Part shown: in pieces, positions 1 through 10,447 of the stretch
How the letters are laid out: every line of letters starts with the position of its first letter
How positions within the stretch are numbered: position 1 is the stretch's first letter
Assembly: GCA_002269645.1 (NCBI GenBank)
Contig: NIVC01000714.1
Location: forward strand, 1-64,000
Length of the DNA stretch: 64,000 nt
DNA from: Macrostomum lignano
Taxonomy: Eukaryota
Reading direction: 5' to 3'
The notes under the pieces: model-generated
What the model saw: the letters and a program-made list of their open reading frames with translations, nothing else
Told to the model about the DNA's origin: nothing
The model's database searches: none
Translations under genes and position numbers: made by a program

Positions 1-1120
1 TTTCCATTTTTCCTTCCTTTCACGCAGTTTTATTCACGGTAGAACTGCCTATATAGACAGCAGGGTTTTGCGAAGTGTTGTACACTGAGTGTTTTTCTCT
101 CCAGGGTAGAGCGACCGAGTGCAGAGTTTACCCAGAAACTGTCTGTCACACCCCAGCTAAAAGTTTGGCCGTCATTTTGATAGCAAAGGGTAGAGAATAA
201 ATTGGGGGTTGAGCGGCAGGAGAGTACATTCATTATTGAGAGTGCACTCGGATAAGATCTCTAACCCCATACCAATGAACTGCGAGCTGCATGTACGAGT
301 AAGATGTTTGTTGTTAAACGAGGGTCCTAGTGGGCTGGCCAAACCACTGAGAATAGTGGGGTGGGTCCTTAGAGTTTATGTGCTACTAACAGTAGCGCTA
401 TATGGACTTTCGTTCAATTCCTACAAAGACGGTCTAGTTTTTTATAATTTAACCATTATCTATCTCGTACTAGCTATCTCAACTACATTCAGCTATCTCA
501 ACTACATTTAGCTCCCTTAGTGCTCCTCCTTGAGGTGCAAAATGTACCTCCATGGCCCGCTCCCACCATGACCCTTCCATCGGTTTTCGATTTCGCTATG
601 ACCTTCAATCTATTAAAATCTTTATTTCGCAAATTTTTAGTCAGCCCAAGTACACAGCAGCCTTCATCCAGGACTACCAAGTGCTGCTGTGTGGTTAAAA
701 AATTGCGTGAACCGAAAAAGTTAAAAGTGAGTGCATTGCAACACGAACACTCCAGCCTCTCAGCTACATCAGCTTTAGTGCTGCTGCTATATAGCTTTTA
801 GTGTTTCGCTTCTTTTCCTCGAAAGAAGGACGAGAAAATGTTGAACGAAGCGTTGCACTTCAGGGTTCGTCAGCTGTTGCTGCAATTAAGTTTTTAATAT
901 TCGGGGATTTCTCGAGCGTTCGAAACATTTTCCCCGAGATGTCCGCAGGGGGAAGTTCGAAATGAATAAGCCGAGGAAAAGTTCAAGTGCTGGGGCAGAG
1001 GTCAGTTCTAACGAGGGAAATGCTCACGACTCGACTTTGAATAATCGCGTCCTTATTGTAACAAAATCTGTTCTATTATTTGAGTTTACGAATGTTAAAT
1101 ATTTCTATATTAATTTCCCA

Positions 1121-2180
1121 AGATTTGCATAGAATTCTCTTGATCTGCATAGATTCTCTAGATCTGCAAAGGTTTCTATAGATCTGCATAAAAGTCTCTA
1201 GATCTGAATAGATTTCCCTAGATCTGCATGGGTTTCTATAGATCTGCATAGGTTTCTCTAGATCTGCATAGATTCTCTAGATCTGCGTAGGTTTCTCTAG
1301 ATCTGCATAGATTCTCTAGATCTGCATAGATTCTCAGATCTGCATAGATTCTCTAGATCTGCATAGATTTCTCTAGATCTGCATAGATTCTCTAGATCTG
1401 TGTAGGTTTTTCTATGCATAGATTCTCTAGATCTGTGTAGGTTTCTATGCATAGATTCTCTAGATCTGCATAGATTCTCAAGATCTGCATAGATTTCTCT
1501 AGATCTGCATAGATTTCTCTAGATCTGCAAAGGTTTCTATAGATCTGCAAAGGTTTCTATAGATCTGCATAGAAGTCTCTAGATCTGAATAGATTTCCCT
1601 AAATCTGCATGGGTTTCTATAGATCTACATAGGTTTCTCTAGATCTGCATAGATTTCTCTAGATCTGCATAGATTCTCTAGATCTGTGTAGGTTTCTCTA
1701 GATCTGCATAGGTTTCTCTAGATCTGCATAGATTTCTCTAGATCTGCATAGATTCTCTAGATCTGCATAGATTTCTTTAGATCTGCAAAGGTTTCTATAG
1801 ATCTGCATAGAAGTCTCTAGATCTGAATAGATTTCCCTAAATCTGCATGGCTTTCTATAGATCTACATAGGTTTCTCTAGATCTGCATAGATTCTCTAGA
1901 TCTGCGTAGGTTTCTCTAGATCTGCATAGATTTCTCTAGATCTGCAAATGTTTCTATAGATCTGCATAGGTTTCTCTAGATCTGCATAGATTTCTCTAGA
2001 TCTGCAAAGGTTTCTATAGATCTGCATAGGTTTCTCTAGATCTGCATAGATTTCTCTAGATCTGCAAAGGTTTCTATAGATCTGCATAGAAGTCTCTAGA
2101 TCTGAATAGATTTCCCTAGATCTGCATAGATTTCTATAGATCTGCATAGGTTTCTCTAGATCTCCACAGATTTCTAGCTG
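1121..2180. repeat. Minisatellite, 19-20 bp unit (CTAGATCTGCATAGATTTCT-like) with higher-order variants
   Basis: About 50 tandem AGATCT-containing units; the variant block AAGGTTTCTAT...GAAGTCTCTAGATCTGAATAGATTTCCC recurs near 1200, 1585, 1820 and 2100. Confidence 0.95.
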
Positions 2181-2852
2181 CATTGATCTGTTATGGATTT
2201 CTCAGTCATCGGCTGTCTTGCAGCTAAAACATATTCTTATACCAATGGAATCTGTCTAGTGTGTGACATATGGCGTTTTTTATCCCTTAAGTGACTCTAG
2301 TCTAGATGTGTATCGAGACTGTGGGGGGTCTGAGTGATCCCCTAGCCATATAAAACACTCTCCCAAGAAACCGATAAACTGACTGCCATGCAATGAGATA
2401 AAAAGCTCTCTGACTGCACTGAGCTGCCAGCGAACTGGCAACGGACCATGGCGATACACGCGGATTTCCACACTTTACACAGCAACTTAAAGACAAGGAG
2501 TTGCCCTGCTGCGATGCAATATATAGCCCATGGTTTACACGCCGGCTCTGCGGCTGCGGACTGAGGCTGAAGACAGAACGGCCAACCGCTTTATGATGGA
2601 GAAAGTGCTGGAAGCTGCCCACTCCCCCCCCCAAGTTTCTGGCCCGTGTAGCCGACCGAAAATCAATTGAGGCCGGGATCGATTTAATGCGGGGCGACGA
2701 GGCGCGGGACGGATAGGGGAGACCGCGGCTGCTGCTGGCGAGGGCTGGGAGAACCCGGCCAGAATCCATAATTTCAATCACTGGCTCTGTTTTTGCTGCG
2801 ACGCTCAGGCCTTTTAAAGTGGCATTTTTAGCGCTTTGAACCTGCGATCGGC

Positions 2853-2898
<46 letters not shown>
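2853..2898. repeat. (ATCT)n microsatellite, left half of the Polinton target site
   Basis: Perfect ATCT run ending ATCTAT immediately before the element start AGTAG. Confidence 0.97.
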
Positions 2899-3476
2899 AG
2901 TAGAAGGCATGAGGGGGCTTCTGGGACAAAATTTTTCACTTCCTCCATAATCCACCTAAATCCATCCATATAATCCCTGACAGAATCAGAAAAAAAGGGG
3001 GTCGCACCCGCTCACAAAACCTCCTCCATAATCCACCTAAATCCATCCATATTATCCCTGACAGAATCTTGAAAAAGGGGAGGGGTCGCACTTGCTCCGA
3101 AAACTTCGAACATAATCCTATTAAATCCATCCATATTATCCCTGACAGAATCAGAGCATAACCGGTGTCCTAATGTTATGCTCTGAGGGTTTATGCTCTA
3201 AGCATAAAAGCTCCAAATCCACCCATAGCATGTTCGAAACAATCAGAAAATAATCTGCATTCTTCTCCCCACATTCAATCCGAAGCGGCGAAACCAGATC
3301 CCCAAGACTTTAAATCATCAGCGCAGGGTCCTCACCCTTTGAAAAAAATTAAATTCTCAATAAAAAATGTTTCCAGTTGTCTCTCCAGGTTCTTATTATA
3401 CTCAGCCCCATCCATTGTACAAATCCAAGTACCGATGCAAACTAGAATGCAGCGAGTACATGAGAAAATATTGGCC
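2899..3476 (+). repeat. Left terminal inverted repeat (578 bp)
   Basis: Reverse complement of 19178-19755. Identical ORFs lie at equal offsets from both ends (37 and 468 bp). One mismatch seen, at base 4. Contains three 81-84 bp sub-repeats and hairpins. Confidence 0.95.
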
Positions 3477-3657
3477 TGACGTTGATATCAATGGCCCTAA
3501 TATTAATCAAGCACTTAAATCTCACTGGTTTGAAAAACACGGAGTAGTCATTAACGATTATGACAGCTACTATAACTTTGCTGAAGTTATAAGGCAATTG
3601 AAGTGGCCAACTATAAGGTTGTACCTGGTGGCTTATATCGTAATTTTACAAGTCTGA
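3367..3657 (+). CDS. TIR-straddling small ORF, left isoform (96 aa, unknown function)
   Basis: A-rich context AAAAAATG like the other element genes; protein stays conserved with its right-end partner beyond the point where DNA identity breaks. Confidence 0.65.
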   Translation: MFPVVSPGSYYTQPHPLYKSKYRCKLECSEYMRKYWPDVDINGPNINQALKSHWFEKHGVVINDYDSYYNFAEVIRQLKWPTIRLYLVAYIVILQV

Positions 3658-3664
3658 AGACGAC

Positions 3665-4522
3665 TCACATTCTCTCTATAACAATTGTTAGCACAAACTC
3701 TTCCCCGTTAAAATCGACACCAACTCCATCCTCTGTTTCAAACTGCAGAACGATTTCATGTATCTCTCTATTACTCAGAATCACTCTTTTCACGGGGTTT
3801 GGCTTTTGCACAAGCATTTTGCCACCAGCAACAGAGTTTGAAATGTTAAAAAGTATGTTGGTTCGTTTGCCTTTGAATATCCAATCATGGCTCAGATTGC
3901 TACGAATTAATATATTCAAACCTTTGACAATGTCAGCGATATTTGGCGCCAAGTACATACCGGATATTAGCCGGGACACAGCAACAGTGCCAGGCGCCTG
4001 CAGCGGGCTTTGGTCTGTGGCGCCACCATAAACTCTCTTTTCAAATCCCAACTCGCGATACCAAGTGCCATCTTTAAACTCTACCTCTGCGTCCTTATGA
4101 ACTTGCAAGATAACTCTCATGACAGTTAGATCATAAGTTAATCTAACAGGGAACAGTTTATTTTCTGGTTTGCTTTCATCCGGTATCTCAAAATGCTTTC
4201 GTTTAGTGAAGACGTTCTCCAAGAAGTAATTATAAGTATCCACGCTCTGTGTGCTGACAGGAAATATCACAACCTCTGTTGTAGTACGCTTCCATTTGTA
4301 ATAAAACTTGTTATTTTCCGCTGTCACATTGGGAACATTTGACCACCCAGTGAAATCATTGAGATAGACGTGGTAATTCGCCTCGGGATCCAAACGAAGT
4401 GGTTGCTCCAATTTTTGAATGAAGATTCCGTTTGACTCAGTAATGCGACCCGCTACAGTGATTGGAATGCTCTCCTTAGAGTGTGAAACAATGTTGTTTA
4501 GTCTTTCGGCTATGGCTTCCAT
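3665..4522 (-). CDS. Minor capsid protein (penton, single jelly-roll), 285 aa
   Basis: Adjacent to MCP. C-terminus TNILFNISNSVAGGKMLVQKPNP...IHEIVLQFETEDGVGVDFNGEEFVLTIVIE resembles Polinton mCP C-termini; N-terminal FTGWSNVPNVTAENNKFYY motif. Confidence 0.85.
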   Translation of the reverse strand: MEAIAERLNNIVSHSKESIPITVAGRITESNGIFIQKLEQPLRLDPEANYHVYLNDFTGWSNVPNVTAENNKFYYKWKRTTTEVVIFPVSTQSVDTYNYFLENVFTKRKHFEIPDESKPENKLFPVRLTYDLTVMRVILQVHKDAEVEFKDGTWYRELGFEKRVYGGATDQSPLQAPGTVAVSRLISGMYLAPNIADIVKGLNILIRSNLSHDWIFKGKRTNILFNISNSVAGGKMLVQKPNPVKRVILSNREIHEIVLQFETEDGVGVDFNGEEFVLTIVIERM

Positions 4523-4544
4523 TTTTTTATTGAAAAAAAATTAT

Positions 4545-5837
4545 TCAAACTTTACTAGACGAGTTATTGATCATATTGACCTTGATCTTCCTCTCAAATG
4601 CATAGATAATAAACAGATCAACAGCCGTTGCGGCACCAAATTCTTTCCGCTCGATATTAGTCACAATGTTAACAGGGCTATTGTCTGTAGGCATTTGTCT
4701 AGCAGTCACATCAACACCAAATATTGGATATAGTTTTTTTATACTGCAAGGTTGTCAAAACAATACCGTTATTCTCTTTGACAGCCAGGTCCGACAGTTC
4801 ATTGTAAAACTTACTAATCTTGTTCTCCGAGAAATTCCCATTTTGTGGCAATGCAGGGTATAAATTGTCACTGATCTCATGTTGAATCGATCGAATGTTT
4901 CCATGTAGATATCTACCTACATTAGTTGTATTCCTCATAGTGACAATAATGTACCTTGGATTGCTACAGGAGCCTTCTTTAATGCAAATATTGTGTCTTG
5001 CGTCATTCCGCTCATCTCTGCACATATAAGCTGTATAAGCAACATCAATGTCTTTCTCAATCGCCTTCAAGTATTCAGCTTTGAGTGCAGTCTTGGGCTC
5101 AATAATTTCTAAGTACAGCTCCACGCTAGTTAGCTTAATCTCCATCGATGTATGATTGGCCCCCGACCAAATTCCTCTGTTCCGATCATCTCTAGTCTAA
5201 ATGTGTAGCTAAAGTTGCTTGTCAACCGATTGAAACTATTACAGAAACCACTCATAAACCTCAAAGGTACAAAAATATCTACAGACCTAAACAGCGGATT
5301 CTTAGCAGCATCGTTCTCACCAACAAGAGCATAGTTGTATCTCTCCTTTCTCTTTTTGTAACCAGGGTCATTCTCATCTCCTGTCTGTTCATTGGGGATG
5401 AATCCAGCACCGCTCCCCATCTGAATAAAATCCGGGTTCTCAATCAAGCACTGGGTATCATAGACCACACCAAAGTTTGCTATTCTTTCCAATTCTGTAC
5501 TTCCATTGGACACATTAAACTCTTTGAACATATAAGCCCAGAAATTACTGGTTAGTGCGACATCCGCATTGTGTAGATCATCATTAGCATGAGCGGCGTC
5601 TGCGCCTCCTTTAGTTTTGAATTGATACGTCATATAGAAGCCGCTCCTTAGACTGTGCACACTAACCAAATACGAACATCCATTGTATGTAAATGTCAGT
5701 GTTTGACCAGGACCAAGATTAGTTTCATTCTGATTTTCCTGACTGGGAACTCTTACCTGAGTCGCTTTGATTGTGCTATCATCACTCAAAATAGGCTTGT
5801 TAATTTTGTAGAAAACTGGTGTCAGTGGGTCGTTCAT
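4545..5837 (-). CDS. Major capsid protein (double jelly-roll), about 430 aa, split by two frameshifts
   Basis: ORF 5130-5837 (ADVALTSNFWAYMFKEF), ORF 4711-5145 (NPRYIIVT) and an unlisted tail YKKLYPIFGVDV...DLFIIYAFERKIKV*. Junctions at a G5 run (about 5160) and an A7 run (4734-4740). Confidence 0.85.
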
Positions 5838-5867
5838 TTTTTAACTAAAAATAAAATAAAATAAGAA

Positions 5868-7094
5868 ATGAAGCGAAAAAGTACACAGCAGATATCTGAA
5901 TTGGAGAAGCTAGCACAAGCAGAGAAACGAGTTACCGGGCTAATAAATAAGGAGCAACAATCCTACAATGAATTCGTCCAAGCAGCCACCGAATTTCACA
6001 AACCCGGATACACAGAAGCGAAGAAAAACCTCGACACTGTGAAGGAAGCAGTTGATGATATTCAAGAGAGCCACTTGCAAAACACATTGGGTAAAATCCC
6101 ATCTTCACCGGGACAACCACAGGCTCAGCAACCAGGACAACCAGTGCAGATGAATGTGAAGGATAACTTTTTTGGCCCCGTATTGGATGATGGAAAATAT
6201 ATTTTTGGAATTAGCGACTGGCGAAAAAATATTACCGGGGAACCGGCGGATTACAACATTGAAGTGACGAAGGAAACTATTTCAATCAATAAAGGCGCAG
6301 AAACTAAACGAATCCCCTTCACTCAAACTTTACTTGATTACATGACTAAAAATCAGAAAAAAAGATCCGAGAAGCAGCTAAAAAATTACAAAGATCTTGT
6401 TACCTTTGCTCTCGATAGGGACATAGACATTCTCAAGAACAACGGTGTTTTGAAAATTTTACATGAAAACGGGATTGTCTTGAACAATTGTAAAAAATAC
6501 AAATACTTTAAACAATGGTTTGGTTTGCCGGATCAAGAAGAGGTCATAAGACAACAAACACAACAACCACAACCGCCACAACAACCACAACAGCAGCAAC
6601 CACAACCACAACCACAACAACAACTACAACAACCACAACAGCAGCAACCACAAACACAACCACAACCACAACAACCTCCACCGCCACAGCAACAAAAAAC
6701 CCAGGTTGAACAAGTACTTGATCAACTTGACACTGTAGACCCGATTCTTGTTTCGCAGTACAAAGATAGAAACCCTGATACTTGGCGACAATTAGAACAG
6801 TTCTCCCCAGAACGAATGAAGCGAATCAATGACAGAGTATTCACACCTAGGCTACAGCAACCCTCACCAGGAACATCCTTCTCTGACCAATCATTCGAAT
6901 CACCACCAAGCTCTTCCGGAAAAGGCATGCCTGAATTCTACAAGCGAGTAGCGGTTCTTCTAGGAGCGGCAAAGACCGGAATGAAAGATGAGAATAGAAA
7001 AGAGTTCGTTCACATCCTCAATAAAATGCTTGAGAGAAAATACATCGATAAGAGGGCGAGAGAGCTTCTGCTTTCGCGGTTCAACAAAAAATAA
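5868..7094 (+). CDS. Polinton protein of unknown function with Gln/Pro tract, 408 aa
   Basis: Long intact ORF divergent from MCP; C-terminal GKG-MPEFYKRVAVLLGAAKTG...ILNKMLERKYI resembles a helical motif recurrent in Polinton accessory proteins (recognised from memory). Confidence 0.8.
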   Translation: MKRKSTQQISELEKLAQAEKRVTGLINKEQQSYNEFVQAATEFHKPGYTEAKKNLDTVKEAVDDIQESHLQNTLGKIPSSPGQPQAQQPGQPVQMNVKDNFFGPVLDDGKYIFGISDWRKNITGEPADYNIEVTKETISINKGAETKRIPFTQTLLDYMTKNQKKRSEKQLKNYKDLVTFALDRDIDILKNNGVLKILHENGIVLNNCKKYKYFKQWFGLPDQEEVIRQQTQQPQPPQQPQQQQPQPQPQQQLQQPQQQQPQTQPQPQQPPPPQQQKTQVEQVLDQLDTVDPILVSQYKDRNPDTWRQLEQFSPERMKRINDRVFTPRLQQPSPGTSFSDQSFESPPSSSGKGMPEFYKRVAVLLGAAKTGMKDENRKEFVHILNKMLERKYIDKRARELLLSRFNKK

Positions 7095-7110
7095 TTTATT
7101 TCAAGTAAAA

Positions 7111-7489
7111 ATGCCACTTATTTTCGAAAAAGACATTGACAAATACTATGACAAAGAGGAACTTAATCTCATTAAACGCGATCTGGACTTTTCCCTGCCG
7201 GCCACTATCCAAGAAAAGAACGCTCTGGGAATGGCCTTGCCGATTTGATCGCTCAGGGGCCAAGATTTTTAAGGTCATTGGAGAGAACAAAGAGAACATC
7301 AAGAACGTTGCCGAAGCGGCTGGCAGTGTAGCCACAGCAGCCAAAAAGATTAAAGATACGGTTCATAAAACCCGGAAATCAATACCAGATATTCAACCCC
7401 TTGCACCGAGTGCAGATAGTGTCGATCCAGCCATCTACGCAAAGATGAGAGCTGAATATAAGAAAGGAGGCGGTTTTAAATTTGACTAA
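7111..7489 (+). CDS. Small putative virion/core protein, frameshifted
   Basis: MPLIFEKDIDKYY...NALG joins GNGLADLIAQG and then AKIFKVIGE...KKGGGFKFD if one G is added to each of two G runs (about 7229 and 7257). Confidence 0.55.
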
Positions 7490-7686
7490 TTTGGTGCACC
7501 CTGACGGTAAAAGAGGTGTGAGGGTGTAGGACTAGTCGGATGTAGGACTAGTCGAAAAAAGACACACACATCCCGAAAAAAGACACACACTTCCCGCAAA
7601 GAGACACACACATACACATCCCGAAAAAAGACACACGCGTCTTAAATACACAAGTTTAAAAAGAAAAAGTTTTTTTTACATAAAAA

Positions 7687-8487
7687 ATGGACTTCACAAA
7701 CGACTTTCATCCCCACTGGACACGCAATCAGATAAAATTTGCTCACAACGAGATAATTCCAGGGCACTTCCGATGCATTGTTGTTGGCTCATCTGGGTCA
7801 GGGAAAACCTTCAGAGTTTTTAACATGCTCCTCAGACCTGGATTCCTCGATTATGACACACTACATATCTATTCACCCACTCTGTATCAAGATGAGTATA
7901 AAATGCTAGTAGCGGGCCTACAGAACAAACTCAACAAGGAAGATATTATTCAATGTTTTAGACATCAAAAAGACCTCAACAGCAACCCGGAAGTTGTAGC
8001 CACCGAATACGCAAAGCACATCCCAGACAATGAAAAATGGCAAAACATTAAAGTTTTCACTTATGGAGATCCACAGATAGATCCTAAAACTAAACTCTTA
8101 CCTCAACCTGATGAACTAGAAAAGGGGAGAAAGCACCTGATTGTCTTCAATGACTGCATGACCGGTCCCCAGAAACAGATAGAAAATTATTTCACCCGGG
8201 GTAGACATAATAATTGCAATGTTATTTACATTGCCCAAAACTGGTTTGAACTGCCAAATAAAACAATTAGAGGTAACTGTAATTTGATTCTCCTTTTCCC
8301 AACCATACCACAGGATCGACTGAAACGATTTTATAATGAGGTCATTGCCCCAGCTCACATTACATATCCAGCTAAGAACTCTAACAGAACAATATCACAG
8401 GAGGAATTTGTTAACATATGCTATGAAAAGTGGAACCAACCCTATCAGTTTGTCATGATTAATAAGGAGAAAAGAATTTTACTTTAA
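7687..8487 (+). CDS. A32/FtsK-like genome-packaging ATPase, 266 aa
   Basis: Walker A GSSGSGKT, Walker B HLIVFNDC (N where D is usual), A32 motif FTRGRHNNCNVIYIAQ...LP..IRGN. Confidence 0.95.
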   Translation: MDFTNDFHPHWTRNQIKFAHNEIIPGHFRCIVVGSSGSGKTFRVFNMLLRPGFLDYDTLHIYSPTLYQDEYKMLVAGLQNKLNKEDIIQCFRHQKDLNSNPEVVATEYAKHIPDNEKWQNIKVFTYGDPQIDPKTKLLPQPDELEKGRKHLIVFNDCMTGPQKQIENYFTRGRHNNCNVIYIAQNWFELPNKTIRGNCNLILLFPTIPQDRLKRFYNEVIAPAHITYPAKNSNRTISQEEFVNICYEKWNQPYQFVMINKEKRILL

Positions 8488-8503
8488 TTTTTCATTTAAA
8501 AAA

Positions 8504-9238
8504 ATGTCTATTAATTTTGCTGGTGAGTCAACTACAGGCAACAGCACTCTCACAACTTCCTTCCTTGACAAGCGCTACATTAACACTGATGAAGAGATCC
8601 CAGAGATCAAACTGAATAAAAACAGACTGAAAGCCCTAGAGCGCTCCATGCACCAGTTGCAAATAAACATGGAAGATCTCAGGCTTAAAGTAGCTAGGCA
8701 GAAGTTTGAAAGTGATAAGCTTTATGTGCCGTTGTTAAACGCAACTAATGAACTTAGGTCAGAAATAACTTCGGCAGTCTCGCAAATCAACGGTTTGAGA
8801 TCGACAGTTAATCTTCTGGGAAATTCCACTGATAGACGGATGCGTATTCTTGAAGGAGGAGTTTTCACAAACACAGCTAAAGTAAATAATTTAGAAGAGT
8901 TCATGAACCAGTCAACAGCATTGCATGATAGAATTAAAGAAAACGTCGCAACCAACACAGGTAAAGTAAATAATTTAGAAGAGTTCATGAACCAGTCAAC
9001 AGCGATGCATGATCGAATCAAAGAAAGACTTGAAGCATTAAAGAGAAACGATGTATCACACAGTAGCTATCTAAACGGAATGTATAGCTCTTGGGGTAAA
9101 ATAATAAGGAGGCTTAATCGTCTGGAGAGAACACTCAATCTTCGTGACATTGCTATTGATGAAGCAGAATCTACTGCTCGTCCGGTCATTTCTACAGATG
9201 AAATTATCAAAAAGAAAACAGATCTTTCAACCGGGTAG
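8504..9238 (+). CDS. Coiled-coil protein with 28-aa internal duplication, 244 aa
   Basis: Intact ORF; heptad-like pattern; 84-bp tandem duplication at about 8870-9030. Confidence 0.75.
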   Translation: MSINFAGESTTGNSTLTTSFLDKRYINTDEEIPEIKLNKNRLKALERSMHQLQINMEDLRLKVARQKFESDKLYVPLLNATNELRSEITSAVSQINGLRSTVNLLGNSTDRRMRILEGGVFTNTAKVNNLEEFMNQSTALHDRIKENVATNTGKVNNLEEFMNQSTAMHDRIKERLEALKRNDVSHSSYLNGMYSSWGKIIRRLNRLERTLNLRDIAIDEAESTARPVISTDEIIKKKTDLSTG

Positions 9239-9271
9239 TTTTGTAATTTTTTTATTTTTTCTAGAGAAAAA

Positions 9272-9990
9272 ATGGCCCAACAAAATTCTTTATACGATCA
9301 GTCTCAATACGCTGAACCTAAACTACCGACAGCACCAAACCCAATGGCACCGAATTCGAACACACAAAGCCTGAATGCACCGAATCTGAATGCACCTCAA
9401 TATGAGCAACAAAAACTCTACCCCGTCATTTCATGTAACTCTCAACAGTTTCGACTAGTGGAGATTCAAAAAATGCGAGATGATCTTGAAAAAAATATTT
9501 TCCACAACACAAAGAAAATTAAACGCTATGACAGCCACTGTAAATTTTTCGACTACAGCAATATGATTCTAGGATCTGTGTCTGTTCTATCTGGATCTGC
9601 TGCGGCTGTCTCAACGTTGCCAGTCATCACAGCCCCAATCGCAATCCCACTCGGCTCTGTGGGTGCTGCGTGTGGACTTATTTCAGCAATTACTGGAGCA
9701 TTAGCGCGAAACAGGCGAAAAAAACTAAAGCAGCTACAGGAGAAGCAAGTAAAAGAGAAAGGGGTGCACACTTCAATCATAGGGTACATTTCAAGGGCAA
9801 TCGAGGATAAGTTCATTTCAGAGGATGAGTTCAAAACCATTCAGGATCTTTATGAACAATCAATTCGAATGAACTTGAACATGGTCGGTACTGATGACAT
9901 GAGTCAGTGAGAAATGAACTCGAGAAATTTCTTCAACATTATGTGGAAAGAAAGTCGGCAAGAAGGACAACGAGAAATACACCACAATGA
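9272..9990 (+). CDS. Conserved Polinton/adintovirus membrane-associated protein (GasderX-like); probable frameshift near 9900
   Basis: QQFRLVEIQK...two hydrophobic helices...RRKKLK...ISRAIEDKFISEDEF motif. The listed ORF ends at 9910, but a shifted frame SVRNELEK...TPQ* fills the gap up to the protease stop. Confidence 0.65.
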
Positions 9991-9994
9991 ACCC

Positions 9995-10394
9995 TTATGA
10001 AACACAGCCAAGAATAATTTCCTTGTAGGTCTTTCGTGTTTTGGTCATTGCATACAAAACAGTCATGCACAGCTCACCGCAAATATCACTGCTAAGACCT
10101 TGGAGAATAAAGTCTGAGCGATAAATTTTTTTAGTTTTTTTCCCTTCATATAATTTCTTAGCTCTTCTGGTACTGCCGTCCCATAGCTATCGAAGTAATA
10201 ACACTGTGCTTGCGATCGGGATCAATCACCCAGCAAACCCAATGAGATCCTGGCTTATCGGTGGTGTCAAAGTTCATGATGCCGCATTCTTTTCTTAGAG
10301 GAAAATCAGGCAGAGTGTCCCTCATAAATATTCCTCTAAAGATTGGGATTTCCAGTTCGTTAGCCAAATCTTCAAGAAAGTTATTTGTCGTCAT
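9995..10394 (-). CDS. Adenain/Ulp1-like cysteine protease, about 133 aa, two frameshifts
   Basis: FRGIFMRDTLP, ECGIMNFD, catalytic GSHW, then shifted frames YYFDSYG and ILQGLSSDICGELC*; His/Asp/Gln/Cys all present. Confidence 0.9.
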
Positions 10395-10447
10395 TTTTTA
10401 TGAGGTTTATTAAACTTTCTCTTAAACCTAAACCTAATCTCAACCTC

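Noticed and set aside
1-1100. Short ORFs at 30-801
   Set aside because: No motifs, splice pattern or codon bias supporting a gene.
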